Positions 1 to 9,389 of a stretch of 64,000 bases of DNA are shown here, one piece after another. The notes below the pieces were generated by a model that was given only the letters and a program-made list of their open reading frames with translations, was not told the origin of the DNA and made no database searches. Origin of the DNA: Myxococcales bacterium (GTDB taxonomy: Bacteria > Myxococcota_A > Polyangia > Polyangiales > Ga0077539); contig JAEUKH010000043.1 of assembly GCA_016792845.1 (NCBI GenBank), positions 153,846 to 217,845 on the forward strand, in the 5' to 3' direction. Position 1 is the first letter of the stretch; every line of letters begins with the position of its first letter. The translations under genes and the position numbers were made by a program.

Positions 1-2437
1 TGCCCTGGCTGGTGCCGCCGAAGATGGGGTCGTTGACGCGCACCGAGACGAAGCCGTTGACGCCCTGTTGGGCGCTGATCGAATAGGCGAAGCGCTGAAC
101 GCGGCCGTAAAACCAGCTCATCCTGAGGCCGGTGGTCCACCCCGTCTGGGGGATGCCGGGGGGCACCTCGTTCGGGTCGATGCCGCGCTCGAGCCCCGGA
201 AAGCCCCCCAGCGCGCGCACCCACTGCGCCTCGTAGCTGAGCGCAAAGGTGCTCCGCTCGAAGAGCGCGGGATAGGTCACCGACAGCTCGCTCTCGCCGC
301 CCCATCGCTCGGCGGCCCACGGGGTCTCGCGCCCCCCGAGCCGGTACCCGCTCCCGGCCTCGACGCTTCGGTAGGCCCGCATCCTCAGGGTCGGGCGCAC
401 GCCCGCGAAGCTGTAGGTGACGTCGAAGCCCGGGTCGAAGCGCGCGAGCCCGAGGGCGAGCCGCGCGCTCCAGCTGTGGCGCCCCACCACGTCGGCCCCG
501 CCGAGGCGCAGCGCGAGCTGAGGCCCGAACCCGTCGCTGCCGAGCTCGGCGAGCCAGCTCCGCGGGTAGAGGGTCGGCCACGGCGAGTACGGCCCCACGC
601 GATGTTCGAAGGGCAGCCGCGTGTCGTCGACGTCGACGAGGTCGTCGTGGTGAGGGTCTTCGACGTCGCGGCCCAAGGGGTCGACGATGACCGCCGCAGG
701 CTCGCGGAAGCGCGCAGGGTCAAAGGGCATCTCGAAGAGGTCGAAGCCGCGCGGGCCGTAGCCGACGAACACCAACCGCCGCTGGTCGGGGCTCACCACG
801 GGCTGGAACGCGCCATCGACGACGTTGGTGACCTGCCGCGTGACGCCCTCGACGAGGTCGCGGGCGTAGAGGTTGTTGACCCCGGTGCGATCGCTCGACC
901 ACACGAGGTAGCGCCCGTCGGGGCTGAAGGTCGGCGAGAGGTCGAGAGCGACGTCGTCGGTGACGCGCTCGATCTGCCCGGTGTCGCGGTGATAGAGCGC
1001 GATGTCGCGGCGGCCCCCGCGGCGCCACCACGAGAAGGCGATGGTCTGCCCGTCGGGGCTGTACCGCGGCGCGTACACCTGCTCAAACCGGAGCGGGCGA
1101 AAGAGGCAATGCGGCGCCTCCTCGGGGCGCGCGAGGCTGCGCTCAAAGAGCGCCGTCGTGCCGCGATGGTTCGACGTGTAGACGACGTGATCGCCGTCGG
1201 GCGAGACGTCGGGCTGTTGGGCGCGCTCGCCGTGGGTGAGCCGCTCGCGGGTGACGAGCTCAGGCGTCGCGCGGCCCCCGCGTTCGAGCCGCCAGCGGTA
1301 GAGGTCGTGGTAGAGGTAGATGTCTCGGTGCGGCGCAACGTCGCTCACGATGAGGGTGCTGTCATCGACGACCCCGAAGGCTGAGGGGCTCCCGAGCCAG
1401 CCCACGTCGCGGGGCGCGTCGGCCCCCGGCGCGAGGGCCCGGAGCTGCGTCTGAGACTGCCCGTCGTTCGACTCGTAGAGCAGCGTGCCGTCGGACAGAA
1501 AGCGTGGCGCGCGCACCACCTCGCCCTGGTGCGTGAGCCGCCGCGCGGAGGTGAGCCCCTCGGCCGCGATGGCGTCGCGTTGGGCCTCGAAGCGCGCGCG
1601 GGTGGCCACCGCGAAGGCGTCGTAGAGGTCTTCCCAGGTTTCGCCCCAGACGCGACGGGCGGCGCGGTTGAGCTGCCAGGGGATGGTCATCGCGCCGTAC
1701 TCGCGGCTCAGCGAGGCGAGGCTCTGGGCGCCGTGCCGGGCCGCCGCGAACTGCATGAGATACGAGCCGTAGAGGTACCAGAGGTTGCCGTGCGGCCATC
1801 GGTTCGGGCCGTTGGCCACCTGGTCGAGGGTCAGGAGCTGCTGCGAGAGCGCGTCGGCGCGGAGGTACATCTCCCACATCGACGAGCGCATGCGCCCGCC
1901 GCGGGTGTGAAGGCTCTCTTCGTAGGTCGCGAGCCCCTCCAAGATGAACCGCGGCTGCACCTGGTTCGGCGACCACTGCCGGCCCACCACGGCGTTCACC
2001 AGCGCGGGCACGCCGTGGATGTTGTCGACGTGCAGAATGTGCGTGTATTCGTGGGTCGCGAGGCTCGTGAGCCAGTCGTCGTACTGCTGCAACACCGACA
2101 GGTCATCGGGGGCCGAGAGAAAGAGCCGCACGGTGTTGAAGGGCAAGGCGGTGGCGCTGCCGTTGGCGTCGTCGCTGTCGTCGGTGAGCACCACCTCGGT
2201 GCGCTGCTGTTGGCGCCAGCCCAACGGGGCCGCGAGGCGGTCGGCGACGCGCTCCATGATGCGCGCGACGCGACGCGCGACGGCCTCGGTGTCTTGGTAG
2301 AAATGCACGCGAAAGTGCGGCGTCTCGATGGTCTGCCAGCGCAGCCTCGGGTCGGGCTGCGCGGCGGCCTCGGCGGCCCAGGTCATCACCGCCGTCAGCA
2401 CAGCCGCCTGGCGCAGGGTGCGCCCCCTCGCGGTCAC
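1..2437 (-). CDS. MA-clan zinc metallopeptidase (HEXXH) fused to a TolB-like PD40 beta-propeller. The 3' end runs off the window start, so at least 812 aa.
   Basis: One long open minus frame with GC3 bias and no in-window stop, which is why it is not in the ORF track. GTG start at 2437 is followed by a signal-peptide-like 'RTLRQAAVLTAVMTWAAEAAAQP'. 'HEYTH' (HEXXH) sits near 2041-2053. PD40 motifs 'SPTFSPDGRYLVWSSDRTGVNNLY' sit near 880-940. Confidence 0.65.
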   Translation of the reverse strand, partial: MTARGRTLRQAAVLTAVMTWAAEAAAQPDPRLRWQTIETPHFRVHFYQDTEAVARRVARIMERVADRLAAPLGWRQQQRTEVVLTDDSDDANGSATALPFNTVRLFLSAPDDLSVLQQYDDWLTSLATHEYTHILHVDNIHGVPALVNAVVGRQWSPNQVQPRFILEGLATYEESLHTRGGRMRSSMWEMYLRADALSQQLLTLDQVANGPNRWPHGNLWYLYGSYLMQFAAARHGAQSLASLSREYGAMTIPWQLNRAARRVWGETWEDLYDAFAVATRARFEAQRDAIAAEGLTSARRLTHQGEVVRAPRFLSDGTLLYESNDGQSQTQLRALAPGADAPRDVGWLGSPSAFGVVDDSTLIVSDVAPHRDIYLYHDLYRWRLERGGRATPELVTRERLTHGERAQQPDVSPDGDHVVYTSNHRGTTALFERSLARPEEAPHCLFRPLRFEQVYAPRYSPDGQTIAFSWWRRGGRRDIALYHRDTGQIERVTDDVALDLSPTFSPDGRYLVWSSDRTGVNNLYARDLVEGVTRQVTNVVDGAFQPVVSPDQRRLVFVGYGPRGFDLFEMPFDPARFREPAAVIVDPLGRDVEDPHHDDLVDVDDTRLPFEHRVGPYSPWPTLYPRSWLAELGSDGFGPQLALRLGGADVVGRHSWSARLALGLARFDPGFDVTYSFAGVRPTLRMRAYRSVEAGSGYRLGGRETPWAAERWGGESELSVTYPALFERSTFALSYEAQWVRALGGFPGLERGIDPNEVPPGIPQTGWTTGLRMSWFYGRVQRFAYSISAQQGVNGFVSVRVNDPIFGGTSQG

Positions 2438-3150
2438 GGCGCGTCGGCCCCCGCATCGCGCGGCGGGGCGCTCGGCTCGTCGGTTTGGGCGGCCACCCCT
2501 TCGGGCGCGAGCCAGGTGACCGAGGCCTGGGCCATGAGCGCGTCGTCTTCGAGCTGGTCGACCGAGAGCGCCACCTGGGCGCCCCCTTGCCACGACCATT
2601 TCGCCGAGTAGTCAGCTTGATGCGAGGCGAGGCAGAGCGAGAGGTGCCCCGAACAGCCCGGCCCCGCGCGGCGGGCCTCGGTCGAGGGCGGGCCGAGGTC
2701 GCGCCCCAACATCGCGCGGTAGGCGTCGAACTCGCGCCCCATCAGCGCCTCGTCGCGGGTGCGGGTGCCGTCGATGGCCACGCCGCAGAGGCGCGCGTTG
2801 CAGAACTCGTAGGTCACCACCCCCGCGACGGGCACCGCGACCCGCGCCCCCGTGCAGAAGAGATAGCGCCCCTCGCCGCGGCACTGACCGGCCGGGTGCA
2901 AGGCCAGGAGCTCGGCCCGCGATTGCCCGAAGCGAGCCCCGAGGGCGCCGTCTGGCGGGGGGCGATCTTGGATGGGCCGAATCGCCGTACGACGCGCCGC
3001 CGCCGCCCGGGCCGCCGCCACGTTGCCCGCGTCGACCGACGCCGTCGCCGACTGCGGGACGATCCGCTCGACGGCCCCCAAGGCCGCGGGCCTGGCCTTG
3101 CAACCAAGCGCCACCGCCGCAACCGCCCAACACCGCCGCACCGTCACCAT
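2434..3150 (-). CDS. Hypothetical lipoprotein
   Basis: Correct frame is the C-terminal part of ORF 2434..3417. ATG at 3150 gives 'MVTVRRCWAVAAVALGC' (signal peptide plus L-G-C lipobox). Its TGA overlaps the GTG start of the downstream peptidase gene (GTGA). Confidence 0.5.
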   Translation of the reverse strand: MVTVRRCWAVAAVALGCKARPAALGAVERIVPQSATASVDAGNVAAARAAAARRTAIRPIQDRPPPDGALGARFGQSRAELLALHPAGQCRGEGRYLFCTGARVAVPVAGVVTYEFCNARLCGVAIDGTRTRDEALMGREFDAYRAMLGRDLGPPSTEARRAGPGCSGHLSLCLASHQADYSAKWSWQGGAQVALSVDQLEDDALMAQASVTWLAPEGVAAQTDEPSAPPRDAGADAP

Positions 3151-3257
3151 CACGCCGCGCGACCTTAGCACCGTTGGCAGACCGCGTCGCGCGCCCCCGT
3201 TCAGACGAAAACGCCCTGAAGTTTGCGTCGCCGCGCGCGGTGCATATCCTCGGGCCC

Positions 3258-4574
3258 GTGCGGCGCTCGGGCCTCCTCTTGTCGATCGCGTTGTTGGGCT
3301 GCCAGCGGCGCCCCGTCGCGCCCGCGGCGCCCCCGGCCCCAGGGCTCTCGATCGACCTCGCGCCGGGCAGCGTCGACGCCGGGGCGGCGGCCCCTGTGAC
3401 GGCCACAGAGACCCCAAGCGAGGCCCGCTGCGGGTGGCAATGGCCCGCCGAGAGCGCCCTCGAAATTGCAGCCGCTCCTGAGGCGGTGACGGCCTTCGAC
3501 GTGGCCTGCACGGGTCGCGCGCTGGTGGCCTTCTGGCACCGCGGCGCGACGCTCACCGCGGCCTCGCGGAGCCTCAGCGCCGACAGCGCGTGGGGCGACG
3601 CCGTCGAGATCAGCCGCGAGGCGAGCGCGATGGGCACGAGCCTCGGCGCGGCGCAGGGCGCGTGGGTGGCCTACGAGTCGCCGGGGCCGACGCTCCGGGT
3701 GGCTTCGCTCCGCAACGACGTGCTGCGGCGCAGCGACCCTGTTCAGCTCGGGCGCGTGGCGGCGATTCAGCCCATGGTGCTCTGGGCCCAAGACAACCTC
3801 GCGGTGGTGGCGGTGACCCTCGCCGAGCGCGGGCACGAGCGCGTGCTCATCGCGCGGGTGAGCACCGACGGGCAGATCCCCGCGGCGGGCGCGGTCTTGG
3901 GCGACGGCGTGGCGGTGGCGGTGCACCCGGGCGCGCGGGCCTGGGTCGCGGTGGCCACCGCCGAGCGCCTCGAACGCGGCGCCGCGGGCCCGTGGTCGCT
4001 CACAGGATGGCGCATCGACCCGAGGCTCGCGGGCGCCTTCGGGGCGAGCATCCGCGCGGGGCAGTTTGGGGCGCTCCCGCCCGACGCGGCGACGCGGCTC
4101 GGGAGCCTCACCTTGGGGCACGGTCGCTTCGAGGTGAGCCCCTACGCGAGCGCCTCGGGGGCCGTGCTCTATCAGACCGTGCTCGGGGCCGAGCGGGGCA
4201 TGGCGCGGCTCGCGTGGGTGGGCGAAGGCGCGCCGTCGCGGGTCGACCTGCGCACCGCACCGAGCGCCCTCGCGGGGGTCTTCGAGCGCGACCCCGACAC
4301 CGTCGAGGCCCGCTACTGGGACGAGCAAAACACCCTCGTTTCACGGCTGATTTCGCGTACCGAGGCTGCCCCTCCTCGCCCCCTCGACGCGCCCCTCGCC
4401 GACGCGCCCGCGGTGCTCGCCCGGGCCCAGGGCACCCGCACCGTGCTCTGCGGCGGCACCCGCTGGCGGCTCTCGCTCAGCACCACCCGCGCGAACGAGC
4501 CGGCGCGCCTCGAAGCCGCCCGCGAAGACTGCCTCGACGCGCGCGCCGCCCGCGCCGACGGCGGCCGCGACTGA
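3258..4574 (+). CDS. Hypothetical lipoprotein
   Basis: ORF 3174..4574 has coherent non-Arg-rich sequence and GC3 bias. A GTG near 3258 gives 'RRSGLLLSIALLGC' (signal peptide plus lipobox). Start is uncertain within 3174-3258. Confidence 0.5.
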   Translation: MRRSGLLLSIALLGCQRRPVAPAAPPAPGLSIDLAPGSVDAGAAAPVTATETPSEARCGWQWPAESALEIAAAPEAVTAFDVACTGRALVAFWHRGATLTAASRSLSADSAWGDAVEISREASAMGTSLGAAQGAWVAYESPGPTLRVASLRNDVLRRSDPVQLGRVAAIQPMVLWAQDNLAVVAVTLAERGHERVLIARVSTDGQIPAAGAVLGDGVAVAVHPGARAWVAVATAERLERGAAGPWSLTGWRIDPRLAGAFGASIRAGQFGALPPDAATRLGSLTLGHGRFEVSPYASASGAVLYQTVLGAERGMARLAWVGEGAPSRVDLRTAPSALAGVFERDPDTVEARYWDEQNTLVSRLISRTEAAPPRPLDAPLADAPAVLARAQGTRTVLCGGTRWRLSLSTTRANEPARLEAAREDCLDARAARADGGRD

Positions 4575-4924
4575 GCCTTCGCGCGCAGGTCGCGCAGTGG
4601 CCCGGCGGCGGGTGAGACCGTACCGCGGGGCGACCCTTGGCGCGTTCTGGTGCGGCCTCGCGACGTTGACGTTGCCGCCTGCGCGGCCCCGCGGCGACGA
4701 GCGCCCCGAGCCGATCGACGAGGTGTTCGCGCTGGTCTCGACCCGAGTGCGCTGCGCGGTCTCTGTCGCAGCGACGAGAGGCAGGCACCGGGTCACGCGC
4801 TGTGTCTTGTTTCGCAGCACGAGGCGCGACGCTCGAACCCGAGGCCGACCCGCGCAGTTTCTCGACCGCGAGGCGCGCACCCTCGACCGTCACCTCGCGG
4901 CCGTAGGGCTTCCCTGAGCGGCGA

Positions 4925-5215
4925 TCAGAGCAGCACCCGGAGCCGCAAGACGCCGTCTCCCGAGGCGCGGAGCTGGCACCCGAGGCGCACCGTCGGGCCG
5001 TCGCCGAAGACCCCTTCGGTGAGCTGAAGCTCGTCGTCGTCGGGTGGCTCGCAGAGCGGGGCGCCGACCTCGACCTCGACCCGACAGGTGCCGCAATTGG
5101 CGTGGCGACACGCGAACGGAATGCCCGCCCGCACGTCGTCATCGCAGAGATCGACGAGGCGCCCTCCGGCCCAGGAGACGCTGTACCCGGTGCGCACGAA
5201 TTCGACGCGAATCAT
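4925..5215 (-). CDS. 2Fe-2S ferredoxin-like protein (96 aa)
   Basis: Motif 'CRHANCGTCRVEV' (C-x4-C-x2-C) plus a later Cys (LGCQLR), typical of plant-type 2Fe-2S ferredoxins. Confidence 0.65.
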   Translation of the reverse strand: MIRVEFVRTGYSVSWAGGRLVDLCDDDVRAGIPFACRHANCGTCRVEVEVGAPLCEPPDDDELQLTEGVFGDGPTVRLGCQLRASGDGVLRLRVLL

Positions 5216-5218
5216 CGC

Positions 5219-8143
5219 CTAAAACCCTACCGCCGGGTGCTGCCCGTCGACGCCGAAGCCGCGCTCGCTGGGCGCCTCGGCGTGCACCCGCTGAAACCAT
5301 CGGGTGTCGCTGGCGAGGGGCGCCTCGGGGCTCCGTTGGTAGGTGTCGCGCCCGCCGGTGTCGAGAAAGATGCCGACCGTCGCGCGCATGAGCCGGCCCG
5401 GGTCGGTGAGGGTCTCGAGGGCCGCGTTGCCGAGGGTGAGCGCGCTCGCCGCGTCGTAGGTGTCGTCGCCGCCTTCGTCGAAGAAGAGCCCCGCGCCGTT
5501 CGCGTTGCCTGCGCCGAGCGCGAGGTTCGGCACGCCGTAACGGTCGCCCTCGGGCCCGAGCGCGAGCAAGAGACCCAAGCTGAAATCGTGCCCCGCCCCG
5601 GCGGTCATGTTCTGCCGCGTCGCCGTCGCGTTGTGGACGTCGCGCCCGCCCCCGTCGACCAGCGCGCCGTACGCGAAATGGGCCGCGGCGCCCTGCACGT
5701 ACCACCGCCCGTCGTAGTGATCGTCGCCGGTGCCGTCGAGCAAGAGGCCCATGCCGCCCCAGTAGCCCGTGCCCTGGCCGAAGACGCTGGTGGTGTAGCG
5801 ATCGCTGCCCGCAGCGTCGCGCAAGATGCCGAGGCCGCCCGACATGTTGATGCGGTCGGGGTAGGCGTCGCCGCGGCGACCGAAGCCCGCGCCTTGGGTG
5901 AAGCTCGAGTTGGTCGTCGGCGACTGGGCCGAGGGGTAGAGCATCGGCGTCACCTTGCTGTCGTACACGTCGTCGCCGCCGCGGTCGTAGAGGAGCCCCG
6001 CGCCCTGCACGTATCCGTAGCCCTGCGCGAAGGCCCAGGTGGTGTACCGATCGGCCTCTGCGCCGAGGTCGACGAGCACGCCCACGCCGCCCACCGCGGC
6101 CCCCTGCCCCGCGGCTTCGACCGAGTAGGTGTCGGCGCCGCCGTCGTCGAAGAGACCCCCCACCCCGAGGGCGCCGAAGCCCTGCGACATTCTGAGCGAG
6201 CGGTACTGATCGCGCCCCTGGCCGAGGTCGTAGAGGAGCCCCACACCGAGGCGCCCCGCGCCCTGCCGCGCCGTACGCGACATCGACGGCGAGCCCGCCC
6301 CGCTCCGCGCCCTGCCGTCGGCGTCGCTGGCGAGCGTCTCGGGCGTGTCGAGCGGCGACGGCACCTCGGGGTAGCCGTAGCGGTCGTCGCCGGCGAGGTC
6401 GACGAGCACGCTCACGCCATTGTCGACGTCTTGGTTCGCCGCCACCGGCGCGAGATAGGTGTCAGACCCGCCGAGGTCGATCACCACCAGCGTCCGCGGG
6501 AAGTCAGCGGCGTCGTAGCGGTGGTCGGCCGCGTCGCGCACCACCACGCGCCCCGCGGGCGTGTCGACGTTCAGCGAAGGGCCCATCGCGCCGCGCCAGG
6601 TCGACCACGCGACGGCCTCGACGGTGGCGGCGAGGCGCAGCGCCTCGGCCGTGGGCAGGCGCACCGTGTCGCGAAACATCACAAGGTCATCAACCTGCGT
6701 AAAATCAGGGCGATCGTTGAGGCGATTGCTCGGCAGAAAGGTGTTCGGCGCGATGCGAAAGAGCCGCTCGCGGGCCACCGCGTCGGGCGCCGCGATCAGC
6801 CCCGCGTCGCGGGCGTCGAGGGTCTCGCGCGCGACCTCGAGCACCGCCGCGAGGGCACCCGCAAGGGAGGCCGGGAGCCCCATCACCTCACGCGAGAGGG
6901 CGGCCGCATCGGGCGTCGCGCCGCCCCGTCGCTGGAGCGCTTCGAGGGCCCGCAGGAGCGCGTCGTGGCCGCCCGAGGCGACCCGCGGAGACGGCACTTC
7001 GAGGGCGTCGACCCGAGCCCCGAGGCGGAGCGAGGCCGTGCGCGCGAGGGCCGCCGAGAGGGTGCCGACGCCGGTGTCGAGTTGGGGCCCGAGACCGCGC
7101 GCGAAGCGGGCCCCGGCGAGCCAGTCGCGGTGCACGCGGTCAAAGAGCGGGAGGCGGTAACGGTCGCGCGAGACGTTGCTGCCGAAGATGTCGAGGGCGG
7201 CGCTCGGGAAGAAGAGGTTGCAGCGAGAGAAGGGCGCCCCCGGCTCGGCCCCCAAGGCGCGATCGAGCGCAGACCCCGCCTCCGACCCGAGACACCCGCA
7301 CTCGTTCGGGACACACCGCGACCCGAGGCTCCCCACCGGCACGCAGCCCACCGGCCCGCCCCCGCACGAGGCCGCGTCGGTGCACGCCGCCGAGCAGAAC
7401 CCGCGCACCGCAGGGTCGAGCCCCTCTAGGCACGAGAGCCCCGCCGCACACGGGGTCATCGCGTCACAGGGCGCGCCCACGCCGCGCGTGTTGACCCTTG
7501 CAGCGCCGCAGGCCTCGGGCCCGATTCGGTCGTCGGGGATGCAAACTTGCACGCGCGCTCCGGCGCGATTTTGCACCGTGCGGCAGCGCCGCGCGCCGTC
7601 TTCGCAGTCTTCGTCGCGGGCGCAGCGGGCGGTGCACAGAAAGTCGCTGCGGCCCACCGAGAGGCTCGGGTCGCGCAGGTCGGCGCACTCGGTGTACCGC
7701 CCCGAGCACCCCGCCTCGGGGCATCGGTCGCCGCGCCGAGAGCCCGTCACCACACACGAGAAGGCCGTGTCGGGCGTGCAGAGAAGCGCGCCTCGGGGCC
7801 CCTCGCGGCAGGTCGAGGGCACCGCCGCCTCGCAGGGCGCGCCGAGTTCGCTGCACACCGCGCGGCACTCGCGAAAGCCCGGGGCCCGCATGCGGTCGAC
7901 TTCGACGCAGAGGCCGTCGAGGCCGCAGGTCTCATCGCGGAGACAGGGCTGGCACGTGAAGGGCGCCACCGGCGGAGCCTCGACCGGGCCCGCGTCGAGG
8001 GGCCCCGCGTCGACGCCGACGTCGGGCGCGGTGACACCCTGGTCGACCGCGGCGTCTCCGCCCGCGTCACCAGGCGGCGGAGACGCACCGCCCGAACACG
8101 CCAACAACCCCAGCACCCACAGCCCGCGCAGCGCCCTTCGCAT
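5219..8143 (-). CDS. Large secreted lipoprotein (975 aa) with a Cys-rich N-terminal region and C-terminal tandem G-x-G-h-h-h-D-x-G-G-x-D-x-Y repeats (beta-solenoid-like)
   Basis: C-terminal part of ORF 5219..9646. Upstream of 8143 that ORF is antisense to the HD-domain gene. ATG at 8143 gives 'MRRALRGLWVLGLLACSGG' (lipobox). About 36 Cys lie in the first ~350 aa. About 10 repeats of the type 'LGVGLLYDLGQGRDQY', 'LGVGGLFDDGGADTY', 'AGLLYDRGGDDVY', 'MGLLLDGTGDDHY', 'AGLFFDEGGDDTY'. Confidence 0.65.
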   Translation of the reverse strand: MRRALRGLWVLGLLACSGGASPPPGDAGGDAAVDQGVTAPDVGVDAGPLDAGPVEAPPVAPFTCQPCLRDETCGLDGLCVEVDRMRAPGFRECRAVCSELGAPCEAAVPSTCREGPRGALLCTPDTAFSCVVTGSRRGDRCPEAGCSGRYTECADLRDPSLSVGRSDFLCTARCARDEDCEDGARRCRTVQNRAGARVQVCIPDDRIGPEACGAARVNTRGVGAPCDAMTPCAAGLSCLEGLDPAVRGFCSAACTDAASCGGGPVGCVPVGSLGSRCVPNECGCLGSEAGSALDRALGAEPGAPFSRCNLFFPSAALDIFGSNVSRDRYRLPLFDRVHRDWLAGARFARGLGPQLDTGVGTLSAALARTASLRLGARVDALEVPSPRVASGGHDALLRALEALQRRGGATPDAAALSREVMGLPASLAGALAAVLEVARETLDARDAGLIAAPDAVARERLFRIAPNTFLPSNRLNDRPDFTQVDDLVMFRDTVRLPTAEALRLAATVEAVAWSTWRGAMGPSLNVDTPAGRVVVRDAADHRYDAADFPRTLVVIDLGGSDTYLAPVAANQDVDNGVSVLVDLAGDDRYGYPEVPSPLDTPETLASDADGRARSGAGSPSMSRTARQGAGRLGVGLLYDLGQGRDQYRSLRMSQGFGALGVGGLFDDGGADTYSVEAAGQGAAVGGVGVLVDLGAEADRYTTWAFAQGYGYVQGAGLLYDRGGDDVYDSKVTPMLYPSAQSPTTNSSFTQGAGFGRRGDAYPDRINMSGGLGILRDAAGSDRYTTSVFGQGTGYWGGMGLLLDGTGDDHYDGRWYVQGAAAHFAYGALVDGGGRDVHNATATRQNMTAGAGHDFSLGLLLALGPEGDRYGVPNLALGAGNANGAGLFFDEGGDDTYDAASALTLGNAALETLTDPGRLMRATVGIFLDTGGRDTYQRSPEAPLASDTRWFQRVHAEAPSERGFGVDGQHPAVGF

Positions 8144-8401
8144 CACCGCCGGAGCCTCGCACGAAGCGGCCCGAGGCGCCCTCGAAACCCATGCGTCGGC
8201 CTCTACCCTCGCGCGGCGCCGACGGGCGTGTGCGCGGCGCGAGGCGTCGGCGGGCCGCGGGCCGCGCGGTGCAGCCCAAAGGGGTCGCGCGGGGCGCGAG
8301 ACTTCAGCGAGAATGTGTGGGGCTTCGGTCGCGAGGGCGCGGGCTCGCGGGGCGGCTTGCTTCGGGGCCCGAGAGGGGTATAGGGTCCGCGCCCTTTTGA
8401 G

Positions 8402-9358
8402 ATGACGACGGTGAATGCCAACCTTGACCCCGAGGCCCTCGCGCGGCTCGGGTTGCGTACCGTCGATCTGGCGGTGATGGCCCTCGAAGCCACGGTGAAG
8501 ACCAGCGAGAGCGGCGCTCGACCCGAGGGCGTGGTGCGCTGCGATCCGAAGTGGTTCCTCGAAGTCGAGGTGGCGCGGGTGCGCGCGAGCTTGGAGCGGG
8601 TGCTGATGGGTCGCCACCCCGACGAGGGCCTCGACGCGCTCCTCGAAGTGGGCGCCCTCGAGCTCCTCTTGCCCGAGATCAACGCCATGGTGGGCTTCGG
8701 CGACGGCGAGTGGCGCCACAAAGACGTGTGGAAGCACACGAAGCAGGTGGTGCGTCAGGCCGTGCCGCGCACCGAGGTGCGTTGGGCGGCGCTCTTGCAC
8801 GACATCGGCAAGATCAAGACCCGGCGCATCGAGCCCAACGGCGAGGTGCACTTCTTCGGGCACGCCGAGGTCGGCGCGAGCATGTTCGACCGGCTGCAAC
8901 GGCGGCTGCCGCTCTTCAAGGGCGAAGACGCCCTCTCGTCGAGCGTGCGCTTCCTGATCTTGCACCACCTCCGCGCGAGCCAATACGACGACTCGTGGAC
9001 CGACAGCGCCGTGCGTCGCTTCGCCAAAGAGATGGGCGGCTGCATGGGCGACCTCCTCGACCTGTCGCGCGCCGACATCACCACCAAGCGCCCCGAGAAG
9101 AAGCGCCGCGGCCTCGAAGCCATCAGCGAGCTCGCCGCCCGGGTGCGACAGATCCAAGACGAAGACGCGCGGGTGCCGCCGCTGCCCAAGGGCGTCGGCA
9201 CGGCCATCTCGGCGACCTTCGGCATCGCCCCCTCGCCGCGCCTCGGCGAGCTCATGAAGAAGCTCAAAGAGGCCGTCGAAGGCGGCGAGCTCGACGCCCA
9301 GCGCGAGGCCGAGTACTACCTCGAATGGCTCCGCGCCTCGGGCCTCGTCGGCGGTTGA
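8402..9358 (+). CDS. HD-domain phosphohydrolase family protein
   Basis: 'AALLHDIGK' HD motif. Resembles the HD half of CCA-adding/poly(A) polymerase enzymes but lacks the N-terminal nucleotidyltransferase domain. Confidence 0.65.
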   Translation: MTTVNANLDPEALARLGLRTVDLAVMALEATVKTSESGARPEGVVRCDPKWFLEVEVARVRASLERVLMGRHPDEGLDALLEVGALELLLPEINAMVGFGDGEWRHKDVWKHTKQVVRQAVPRTEVRWAALLHDIGKIKTRRIEPNGEVHFFGHAEVGASMFDRLQRRLPLFKGEDALSSSVRFLILHHLRASQYDDSWTDSAVRRFAKEMGGCMGDLLDLSRADITTKRPEKKRRGLEAISELAARVRQIQDEDARVPPLPKGVGTAISATFGIAPSPRLGELMKKLKEAVEGGELDAQREAEYYLEWLRASGLVGG

Positions 9359-9389
9359 CGCCGGGGCCCGCGGGGCGCTCAATCGCGGC

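Noticed and set aside
5102-7429. 775-aa plus-strand ORF
   Set aside because: Antisense to the well-supported minus-strand lipoprotein gene. The product is Arg/Ala/Gly/Glu-rich with no motifs, the typical high-GC shadow ORF.
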